Source: Lama glama
Lineage: Eukaryota
DNA: 64,000 nt
Direction of reading: 5' to 3'
Assembly: GCA_028534125.1 (NCBI GenBank)
Contig: CM052832.1
Location: 23,686,001 to 23,750,000, forward strand
The notes under the pieces were generated by a model, which did no database searches, was not told the DNA's origin, and was given only the letters and a program-made list of their open reading frames with translations. Of the stretch, positions 14,001 through 26,000 are shown piece by piece; position 1 is the stretch's first letter; each line of letters begins with the position of its first letter. Made by a program: the position numbers and the translations under genes.

Positions 14001-17000
14001 TCTTCTTAAGACCAAGAAGAGAACAAGGATGTCTGCTGTCACCACTGATAAACATCATGCTGCGGGTCCTAGCCAATACAAGAATAAAGAGATACAAGGC
14101 ATCCAGATTGGAAAGGAAGAAATTAAATTACTCCTATTCATAGACAACGTGCTTTTCTACCTAGAAAACCCCAACAATCTCCAAAAACATTGTCAGAACT
14201 TACAAATGAGTTTAGCAAGGTCACAGAATAAAAAGGTTAATATACAAAATCAGCTGTGTTTACGTACATATGTTAACAGAACAATTGGAGATTGATAACT
14301 TTGAAAATAATTTAAGATAAATTTCATCATTCTATACTTTGTCCTAAGAGTTACTTGAGGATCATAAAAGTTGTTTTGTGTGTATGTTGTTACGGTGCTT
14401 ACATTATAGGTTTTAACATTTTGAAGATAGAGGTGTAATGACACTTGAAGCATGTAGACTTTTGATAGGCTTTTGGAGAGGTAAATGTGTTTGAAGATGA
14501 CAACCCATGACATAGAAATGACACAAAAGCAAGTATATATGAAGACTGTGTCTTGTCCTTAGGAGCAGTCTCTTTCTTAATTAGAGGATGCTTCCATATG
14601 TAATTGATAGTAATTAGGAGTCTTCTGAGTGTATTGATGATGGGCAATATTTATTATTTCAGAGAGTTTTAACTGGATGTTGGGGTCACACAGGGACCTC
14701 TTTCTAGAGCTTAAACTCGATCATCTTTCTCTTTTTCAAAAAGTTTTTTGCAATTAAAATAGTTCACCTTGTAGTAGAAGATAAGATGAAGCAAACCTGT
14801 GATTCATGAGTGGTCCTAGTCATAGTATATTCCTGCTTCTTCCTATTTCTTATATCAAATCCTGTACTTTTTAATGCTGAGTCCTGACACACCCTTATAA
14901 TCCTTGTCAACACAGGCTTCTGTTAATTACTGACATTTGAATTAAATCTAGTTGCTGTTCCTTTCCTAGGGAATTAAGAATTGGGAGATACAATAAAGAT
15001 TTTCTAATTCAGTTCCATTTTATTGATTAGTGATTTGAGGCCCAGAGAGGCTAGTGACCAGTAGAATCCAGTGACAGGACAGGCTGTCATATTCTCCTAG
15101 AAGATTCTAATGCTGCCTCATGTTTGCCAGGGCCTTTGCCCTGAATAACAGCAATCCTTAATGGTGGACCAGGTTCTTCTTAATAAAGCTAATGTAGAAT
15201 ATTGCAGCTGCTCTGAAGATACAATGACTATTTGGTATCAGATAGAGAAACATTATTTAAAGTAGTTATTGTGCTTCAGTTTTTCAGATATTATGAGCTA
15301 TTTATAGAAACTGGGTTATATTTTGATTGTGAGCATGCATCTTTTTTTACATTAAGCATTGCCAAACTGCTTTGTTTTGTGGTAGTCACTTGGATGTTGG
15401 GATGTTGTAATACATTCATGAGAAAAGGAAGTATTTCTGTTGAAACTTGTAAACATTGCTTATGTGTTAAAGGATATATGTCAGGGGGAGGGTAGAGAGC
15501 ATGCCTAGCATACATGAGGTCCTGGGTTCAACCCCCGGTACTTCCTCCAAGCGAAAATCAATGAAGAAACCTAGTTACCTCCCCCTCAAAAACCAAGCAA
15601 TACAAGAAAATAAGTAAATATAAATAAATAAACCCAATTACCTCCCTCAAAAAAATAAATGTGTATATGGCTATTCCTATAACTATTTTTCCTTAACATC
15701 AGTTTTAGGAAAGTTTAGAAGTCATTTATTAAGAAATAGCCTGAGTATTAAAATTTTTTCTTACATTAAAATTGGAGAAACAAATCAGTTTAAAAATGTT
15801 GATTTCCATTGCAATAAAATGTATAGTCTTGTTTAGTTATCTTCTTGGAATTTACTATAGTTAAATATTGTTTAGTACCCAAAATAACTAATATTCTTTT
15901 TTTGTTTTTGCCAGGGTTAATTAGATTTATTTATTTTAATGGAGGTACTGGGGATGCATGCCAGGCATGTACTCTACCACTGAGCTATATATACTCTTCC
16001 CCACCTAATATTTTAATGTGGCTCTCATTAATTTAGTGTTCTTTGATTTAAATATCAGGGATAAATTGATCAAAGTAATGCTAGAGCCTTTTACTATTCT
16101 CATTTTTCCCATTTAACATTTTTTTTCTGATTGTAAGAGTAATTTCTCAGGATGGGATTTTCAGTAAAGGCATAAAGAGAGTTGAACATGAGCTTAATGA
16201 CACCAGCTAGAGACAGGTTACTGTTAATAGTTAATCCTTTTTCACGTTGCACATTCATTCTGTTTTGTCAGTATTTTCATTGCCTGAAACATGTGCTTTT
16301 AAAGTTTACAGTTCCAACAAATAATGCACTGTTTATGTTATAGGCACCAGTCAGAAGACAGATGAAAGCTAAGCAACTCAATGTGCAGTCCTATGGTGTG
16401 ACCAGCTCAACAGCTCGGAGGATATTACAGTCTTTAGAAAAGATGTCAAGCCCTCTAGCGGTAAATTTTTAAAATCACAATTAAATTCAAGAGTGTAACA
16501 AAATCTGAGTTTAGTAAAAAAAAAATCTGAATTTTGTTATTGTTTCAACTTTAACAGGATGCAAAAAGAATTCCATCTGTTTTTTCTTCGCCTCTGAATT
16601 CTGTAAGTTGACTTTTAAATCTTTTTTAAGAGACATATTTTTATATATTGGTACCGAGAGTCGTATTTTTCAGTTTCCCATCTATTTCAATAGAATCTTG
16701 TTTTTTCAGCCTCTTGATAGGAGTGGGATAGATACCCCCACAGACTTTCAGGCCAAAAGGGAAAAGGTAAGACTCCCTTAGCATTTATTTTAAGTATTGA
16801 CAGTTTTGTTGTATTTTAAGTTGGTGTATATACAAATTGAACTTAGTTGATGGTCATCAGCGGACGTGTTTGGGAAAAAAGGTTTTTTTACTTTGGACAT
16901 TGTAGCCTCTTGTGAGGGCCTTAGCACAATGCTGTATATGTAGTAGTCGGTATTTCTTGGTTATTTGGTATTTCCATCTTCAATATCCTGGTAGTCTTTA

Positions 17001-20000
17001 ACCTTTTTTGATAAATGAAAATAGTGGTTGGAGCTTGAAGTATTAAATAATTAGAAGTTCAGTGAACTAAAGCCCTCATTAAACATAGTTATTTTTGTAA
17101 ACTTTTCTCATAAACATGTCAAATCTGTTATGTGTGGTGGAGTTTCCAATTGACATATCTACCATCAGTCAGCCAACATACTGTTCCAAGATAGCAGAGC
17201 TAAAAAAAAATATGATATAGATTATATCTTGATGACCCTTTTTAGTGTATCCTATTTGGTTAATATTAGCTTTGGAGGTTACTGTGGAAAAAATAAAATG
17301 CTTGATAGTTAGGGTTAAAGAGGTAATTTTTGTAGGTTATATTTGTGACTAGTTAAGTATCCCTCAGAGGAATCATATTCCCAGATCCTTACTTGTGAAA
17401 GCATTTAGTACAACACCAAGTTCCTGCAGAAGTAATTGATTAAAATTGTTGTAATTCTCTGAATTAATTGTGGGGACTGTATTTGAGATATTAGTAAATT
17501 ACAGTTTTTTTATTGAAATTATGATGCAGAAAAGACAGCTTACATTGAGTTTTTTCTTGGAATAGTATTGCTCCTCAACTTTTAGAATTACCTAGACTTT
17601 TCTAATGAAGCAAGAGGGAATCTATTATTAGCTGCTGTGATGGGATTAATGTAAGCCATTAGCTGCTTTTCTCAGGCTCACATTTATATCAGATTGTTTA
17701 AAAAGAAGTAAAATTTAAAAATTGTGCCATAAGAGAATTTCTCATTAATAAAAATTTTCTTAATGGTTGAATATAGTATGGATAAAATTTTGGTAACGGG
17801 TGCTAGGAAATATGAGGGCTCCAAGTCCAAGTGTCACAGTTGTAATCAGAACAGTCTACAAAATAGACTTTCTTATTGAATTGTAGGATCACACTTGTGA
17901 TGAGGATTTAAGGAAGAGCTGGTAACGATACAGAGGCTTTGCCCTGGAAACCAGCGTTGTTCACAGCTGCTGCTGAGTCAAAGGACTGTATTCATAGTAT
18001 TACAGTATTTGGACAGAGTAAAAGCTCTGGGCTTTATGGTCCTTTTACACCAACAGGATTTTTATTGTGTTTCAGTGTACCAAAAGACTTGACAAAACAC
18101 TTGTGTACTTAGATAATAAAGGCAGTTCATTTTAAGATTAGGAATTCTTAGTAGTGCTTTACTAATTAGACTTAAATTGTAGGACTTTGGGTTTGGTTTT
18201 TAAATAACGATGTAGGAAAATTTACTTGGAGAGATTTGCTCACATTCTTAGCAATTAAAATATTTTCACAGCTAATTAAAAATTATCTTATTTACAGCTG
18301 AAAAAAATGTAGATAGCAATTTGAGGAAAATGTGACAAAATCAATTTTAGTTCATATATTTGAAATACATTCTGTAAAAGCTTAAAATATTCAAAATACT
18401 CTACCATAGTTCCCATTTTGTGTGTGAAGAGTCATTTAAGTCTGGAATAACATAGTCTATAAGGTCATTTTGAAATTATATGTGCATATATATAGGTGTA
18501 TGTCTAAATACATAATGCACATATAAAAAATAATATGAATACACACACACACACACCCTTGGTTCTTTTACTATCAATTTTTCCTCTTAGTACTTGTTTG
18601 CATCAACTGGTTATTCTGCTGAGAAGGACTCATGGTCTCTAAGTTTCATTAGCTGTTGTCAAATAATTTTTAGGTATATGTCACTGATAGATGAAAAATA
18701 AGTTTGTCTTTGATTTCTGTTTATCTGTAAGGTGGACTCTCAGTATCCCCCTGTTCAAAGACTCATGACCCCAAAGCCAGTTTCCATAGCAACAAATCGA
18801 ACTGTTTACTTTAAACCATCTCTGACCCCATCTGGTGAATTAAGGAAGACTAATCAAAGAATAGATAAAAAGCACAGTGTAAGTATGTGTTTGTTTTCAC
18901 TAGTCTTTGAATATTGATTAAAATGAATAAAAATACGTAGTATAAAGTACAAATAATCTACTACTGCAGTCTAGCAGCTGGACAATGGGTAAAGTTTGTG
19001 AATTAGTGATGATTATGAATTGATAAGTGTTTAAGTGACTGGCACCTTGGTCAAATCCTCAGTGTAAACACTAGTATACACTCAGTGTTTAGATTAAATA
19101 ATTTTGCCAGGCTAGCTTTATGTTATGTTCTGTTTGTGTTGTTGAACTATTTGAACATATCTGTTTACCCCCGAGTACTTTGGCTACATCTCCTGTATTG
19201 TCACACCTAAGGAAATTAACATCAGTTCCTTCTTAATATTATCTAGTATCTAGTCCATATTCAGATGTTGGTTATGGCTGCTTTTTTGAACCAGGATCCA
19301 AGGAAGTTTCACACATGACTTCTGGTTTTGTCTTTCTAGACCCCAAATCTTCACCCTTATTCCATTGTTTTTATTTTTAAATAACTTCTTTATTGATATA
19401 TAATTCACATACCATGCCATTCACCTGTTTACTCAAAGTGTACCATTCAGTGGTTTTGTTGTATTTGCAGAGTTGTTCATTCATCACTGCAGTCAATTTT
19501 AGAACATTTTTATCACCATCCCTTCTCCCTCCCACAAGTCTCACATCAATAACTAGTCACTTCCCACTTATTCTCCTCCAGCCCTAGACAACTGCTAATC
19601 TGTCTCTGTAGATTTGCTTATCTGGACATTTCTTATATAAAAAAAGTGGTCCTTTGTGACTGGTTTATTTCACTTAGCATAATTTTAAGGTTTGTGTTAT
19701 ATATCAGAACTTAACATGAGCCTTTTTATGGTTGAATAATATTTCATTGTTTGGATATACCAGTTTTTTAATCCATTCATCATTTGAGGGACATTTGGGT
19801 TGTTTTCACTTCTTAACCATAGTGAATAGTATTGCTATGAAATTTTTGTGTACAGTTTTTTGTGGACATATGTTTTCATTTCTCTTGAGTCTTATACCTT
19901 GGCATGAAGTTGTTAGGTACATAGGTATTTGAAAAGATCACATTTGTCGTATAATGCCTCAAATTTTGGGTTTTGCTGTTCTCCTGTGTCATTTAACTAA

Positions 20001-23000
20001 AATGCTGTTTTTTGTACTTTATTTACATAACATCTATTTGTGCCTTTATGTTTAATCTTTCTATTTTCATAACAACCCAATTTCTTGAAAATTTTCAAAC
20101 TTAAGTTGAAAGAATAGTACAGTGTTTATTCATTTCCTTTAACTCAACTCACCAGTCATTAATATTTTATCATATTTGCTTTATCAAAATTTTAAAAAAT
20201 AACTGAAGTGCAATTTTGGACTTACAGACCTGCAAGAAAAATCTTAAGAACTCCATATTTTACTTCATTTGCTTTATCTTTTTCTGTGTTTTCTACAAAG
20301 AAGAAATTCCTTCATGTAACTGCAGAACAGTTATCTAAACCGGAGACTTAACATTGGTACAATACTATTATTTAATCTACGAATTTTATTTAGATGTTGC
20401 CAGTTGTCCCCAAAGAAAGAAAATGCAAGATCATGCCTTGCATTTAATTGTCCTGTCTCTTTATCTCCTTTAGTCCAGAACAGTTTTTTAGGTTTGGGTT
20501 TTTTAAGTTTGTTTGTTTGTAGGTATTTTGTAACATTGATTCTTCTGAAAAGTAGAAGTTACTATGTGGATGTCCAGCAATTTGGAGATGTTTGGTGTTT
20601 CCTCATGATTAGTTTCCAGTTATGTACTTTTGTTGATATTACCACCAAGTAGATTCTGAGCTCTTCTCAGTGAATCATATTAGGAGGCACGTGCTGCTGG
20701 TTTGTCCCATTGCTGACAATGTGATCATTAGTTAAGGTGGTGTCAATGGGATTTCTCCACTGCAAAGTTACTGTTTTACCTGTTGTAATTAATAAATATC
20801 TCAGTGGGAAGAGATAACTTTGTGAGCACAAATATTCTTTTTACTCACAAGTGATACAGCATTATTGATGATTTTTGCCTGTGTCTATTATTTGCAGATG
20901 CCAAATTGTGGTTTTCTTTTTTTTTTTAACTTTTTTTTATTGAGTTAGAGTCATTTTACAATGTTGTGTCAAACAAATTGTGGTTTTCTAATTCCACCAT
21001 TTCTTCTATGTTTGTTAGTTGGTTTTCAACTATAGGAAGTTTTCTCTATTTATGTATTTACTTCTCTATTTATTTTTTTAAGTCAACTTGAATTCTTATA
21101 TTTGATAAGATTACAATCTTTTATTATCATTATTTATTTTGATGCTCATATTGTCCCATACTTGGCCTTCATACTGGCTCCTGTGTGTCCTTTAGTATTT
21201 CCTCATCATTTTTTGAGCACTTAATTGCTTTTTTGGGTGGCAGCAGAGGGGGTATGTAATTAGGTTTATTTACTTATTTAATTAATGGAGGTACTGGGAA
21301 TTGAACGCAGGAATACTGAGCACACACTCTACCACTGAGCAATACCTTCCCCTCCTATTAGTTGCTTTTTTTTTTTTAATTGAGTTATAGGCAGTTTACA
21401 GTGTTGTCAATTTCTGGTGTACAGCACAATTTTTCAGTCATACATGAATATACATATATTCGTTTTCATATTCTTTTTCACTGTGAGCTACTACAAGATC
21501 TTGAAAGTTGCTTTTTGATACTCTGAAAATAACCCTGGCTCTTGTGAGTTTTCAGCCCCAGGCCTATAATCAGCCATTTCTCCAAGGAACCCTGATTCCT
21601 TTTAATGGAGGAAATCTTAAGTTGCAGAGAATCATTTCAAAAGGACTACCCTTGTAAATTTGATTGCACGTTTAATAGGCAACAATGAGAGATAAGTAAA
21701 AGTATTTGTGCAGTTGGAACTATATTACCTTTGTGTATTATCATTTTGTTAAAAGGACATTTGTGTTTGGTGACATTTTATGTTTGTAATCACACTGTAA
21801 CTCTTGATCATCATTCAGAATACAAGGGTGTAAGTTGGAGATCTTAGGATTCATTAACTTAAACCATCAAATTCCTGATTCCAAATATTGACGTTCACAG
21901 ATAGAAGGGTGATATTAAGAAAATTAAACACACAAGGATATAAATATGTTGTGTTTATTTTTTTCTAGACTGGATATGAAAAAAATGTGACACCAGGAAA
22001 AAGTAGAGACCGAGAAAGGTACTGTCATCTTTATAGTGAAACTTCTTTATATTTAATTTGTGAAGTCCATATTTGATTTACCTGTGCTTTTTTGAAGATT
22101 AAGAAGGTTAAAAAAAATAGAAACTTCACACATACAAAAAAAAATCTGTCAGCTTTTAAAATTACATTCAACTGAACATTTATTTTCTTAATTTTTAGCA
22201 GTTTTAAGTTTTAGGTTTTCAGTTAGTAACAAATTATGGACCAGAGTAATAAATCATTTAACTTTTTTTTTTCTTTGCCTAGTGGCTTACCTTACCCAAA
22301 TTTCAGTATGTCTGCAGCCAATGGTTTATCTTCTGGAGTAGGTAGTGGAGGTGGCAAGATGAGACGAGAGAGAACACGCTTTGTGGCATCTAAACCTCAG
22401 GAGGAGGTGGTAAGGTTATATTCTTAAATCTATCTTGAAGTATATCTTGAAGAATCTCAGTATCTTTTTTCCTCTGTAAGTTTTTTTTTAAATTGAAGTG
22501 TAGTTGATATGCAATATTATATAAGTTACAGGTGTACAATGTAGTGATTCACAGTTTTTAAAAGTTACTTCACTTACAGTTATTATAAAATATTGGCTAT
22601 ATTTCCTGTGTTGTACAATATATCCTTGTAGCTTATTTTATACAAAATAATTTGTACCTTTTAGTTCCCTACGCTTGTATTGCCCCTCCCAAGTATCTTA
22701 TCTTCAAGTTCATTATTAAAAGCTTTGGTGTGGTGGTGCTGGGGAGACCTCGAGGTCCCCTGGAGGAGGGTGGGTTTGTAGAGACCTGGCACAAGGATAA
22801 TCTGTTATTTAAACAGCCCCTTAAAAATGTGTGTGTGGGGTGTGTGGGGGTGGATGTGGGTGTGTGTTTTAAACTGTCAGGCTTTTTAAACCACCCTCAC
22901 CAGGACAACACAGTAAACCTAAACTAATACCTTGAATTTCATGGGTATCACTAAAAAGCCATAATTCTTCAAATAAGAGAATCGAGGCTGAAGTTATTTG

Positions 23001-26000
23001 ACCCTCGAAATATTATTGTATAGTGAGGTTTTGCCCACTTCTAAAACATATAAATGGGTTACCACTGTACATAATTGTCTTGCTTACCTTTTTCTTCATA
23101 TTATTTGTGAAGTTTATCAGTGTTGTGAATGGTAATGGGTTATTTAATTTCACTATTACATGTTTATCCAGTATGAAGATGCACCACAACCCATTCTGCA
23201 GGGCCCATTTGGGTTGATTCCTGAACATGCTGATGGGAACATTTGTGCATTTCTCCCTTAGTACACGCACTGTACTTTCTCCAGGCTGTTTATCTAGGAA
23301 TGGAATGCTGAATTACAGGGGATGATACACATCTTTCAATGTGTTAGATGTTGCCTTGTTGCTCTTTAGGGTGGTTTTACAATTTAATACTTCCACATGA
23401 CAGCAGGCAGATCTACTTTTTCTTTACTGTTACCAGTACTTGTTTTTGTTATTACTTTAAAGTTTTTGCCAATGAATGTGCAGTAGTAGCCCATCGGAGT
23501 TTAATTTGCATTACCTTCTTTACTAGGGTGTGGGGAGACATCTTTTCGTGAGTTTCTTGACCATCTGGGTTTTCTCTTTACCCATTTTTCTGTTATGTTA
23601 TTTCTTTTATTAGGAAGAGTTCTTTATATGTTCTAAACACAAGTTTGAAAGTGATGGGGACGAATTAAAGATTGGATAAATTGACCTTTCTGTCTAGGTT
23701 GCACTATATATTTTCTAACTACTTTGAGTTGAGCACAGGTCCCACTTCAGTTTTTTATGAATAAAAAGCTGAATCATTTAAGTTATGTAATGCTTTCATT
23801 TGTGGTTTGTTTCTAATTAAAATTTCATTTGTGACTTTCTCATTGACCCATGAGGAATTAAGGAATTGTCGGTTTTTTAAATAGGAGGTCTTCTGTAACA
23901 GTTTCTGTTGACTGAAATTATGTTTTGGTTGAAATTGTTGTGTATCAGTGTTAATTTTCTTCATACCTACTGGTATTTTGTTTTGCAGCTTTGTTTAGCG
24001 TGGGAGGTGTCTCTTTTTCATTTTTTTTTTTTATCTCCCCTTTTCCAGCATAGCAGTCTTACAGTTGTGCCTCTCTGGCTCAGAATCTTGACTTCTTTGG
24101 CAGTTTGGGCTTTCAGCCATACGCTGTCTTGTTCTGATATTTGAGATTATGCAAGGGACCTTGGCTCAGTTACTGGTCTTGAGGATCGATCTTTCCCTTA
24201 AGTTCTACTTGTTGCTCTGCTGGAGTGTTGGGAAGGAGGAAATATATTAATTTCATTCTACAATCTTGAAAGAATAATAAAGTTTTGAATCCCATGTAAA
24301 ATTTTGCACTTAAGCCAATTTTTTCCCTTGTTAAAAGCTCTTTACATAGACTTAATTACATTTTTAAATGTAGAAGTGATTATTTTATTGATTTTTTTAT
24401 TAATTACATGTAAGAAAAGAGTTATTTGTCTTGCCTTGTATACATAAGGAAATGAGTGATTAATATAGCATGTGTTCGTTCTTTAGGCAAGCTTTTATAT
24501 TTCTTAGTAAAATTTGTATCCCTACCTTTTTGAAGTTTAGCCCTGTAAGGGTAAAGCATTAGCTTTGGTTAGGGGTTTGTCTAATGAGATTGTGACTTTT
24601 ATTTCTCTTCAGTGCCAGTTTTTAAACATACAGTTTCTAAGATCTTTAGTTGAAGCCTAGGCTGATATCTGTAGCTCAGTTTTAGCTATCTTGTAGGTAA
24701 GTGTTTGGTGTAACTTTGCTGTATTGAGACGTTTTGGGGCGGGGTTAAGAATTAATTCATTGATTTTTTGCTCTTATTATCTGATATACTGTGAGGAGCT
24801 TTGTGAAAACCTAACCCTCCAGATTGCCTCCTCCCTTCTCTGGCCCCTTCCCTCCATTCCGGCCAACTGCCAACTGCCAGTTTTACATCCCAGGATGCCT
24901 CACCTAACTCCTGTCCCTAGCTCTGCTCCACCCTGGAGTTACAGTCTCTACCTTTCTGAGGAAAGAGGTACTTAATAATGAGTGGTTGCCTGAAATTTTC
25001 TGCCTACCCTGTGGTTCTTATCTAGATAAAATAGGATAGATGCTTCCTTGCTTACTTTATATCCATTGCTGTTTTTTGTTTCTGATGCCAAATATGTTTA
25101 GACCACCAGTTGTTTCTTAATTCAGTTCTAGTAAATGGAAATTTTGGGTAAAGGATCAAAGATTCATTTTGGCTTTTGGGAAACATCAGATGGAAGAAAT
25201 TTTCTAATTGAATGTAAACAAATTTCAGATACTGTTGTTACTTAGCAGGGATTGGTGTATTTTGACTCACTAAACATTCAAGCTAGTAGAACTCTATATT
25301 GAAACTTAATTTATTTTGCAGTGTGAGATGAGTGTGTTTCAGTTTTTATCTTAGAATCCAGAATTTGTAAGGATTGTGTGTTAGTCACTAAACGTAGGCA
25401 TTTCACCTCTACTGTGGTATCAATCTGGATTTTATAATGAAAAAGCTCATTGATACAGAGTAGACAAGCAGTATGTAATGCTGAGTTTGGGGAGATTTAA
25501 TTGCTTGATTATTGTCCTGTCAGGTACAGTTCTGCCTGTTAGCTGTGTGTGACCTTGGTCAAATTAACCTCTTTGTATAATAAAAATAAGTAAATCTATT
25601 GAGCTTCTGTCTGCAGGATGTCTACCATTTATTATCTGTATGATATTAGACTGTGTATCTCCCTGTCTCGTTTTCTCATCAATAGTAGTATCTACTTTAT
25701 GTGAGTTAACTCATGACCAGGTACTGCAAAGGTAATGAATTAGTTAGTCACGTATTTGATGATGTGTTCAGCTTGAGCTATCTGTAAGTATCCAGTAAGA
25801 ATTCTTGACTTCCTTTCTCCCAGATTTGTGGGACCCACTTCTGATCAACTAAGTCAATTTTGGTGAATAAGAATCCAATATAGAATTGGTTCAAGGTCAA
25901 TAACTTGAAGAACCAATTTGGCCAAGTATATGGCTTAACAAGTTGGCATGAGGTACAGGTTTTTGGCTAATGTGTCTAAGTGTCAAATACATATTAGACC

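Noticed and set aside
16692..16709. Second AG 16 nt upstream of the exon 8 acceptor
   Set aside because: It would shift the frame, and the canonical site has the better pyrimidine tract.
17890..17980. GTGATGA ... CTGA spaced like a box C/D snoRNA in intron 8
   Set aside because: The terminal stem is very weak and I see no recognisable C'/D' boxes or rRNA guide; such motifs are common by chance. An Infernal/Rfam search would settle it.
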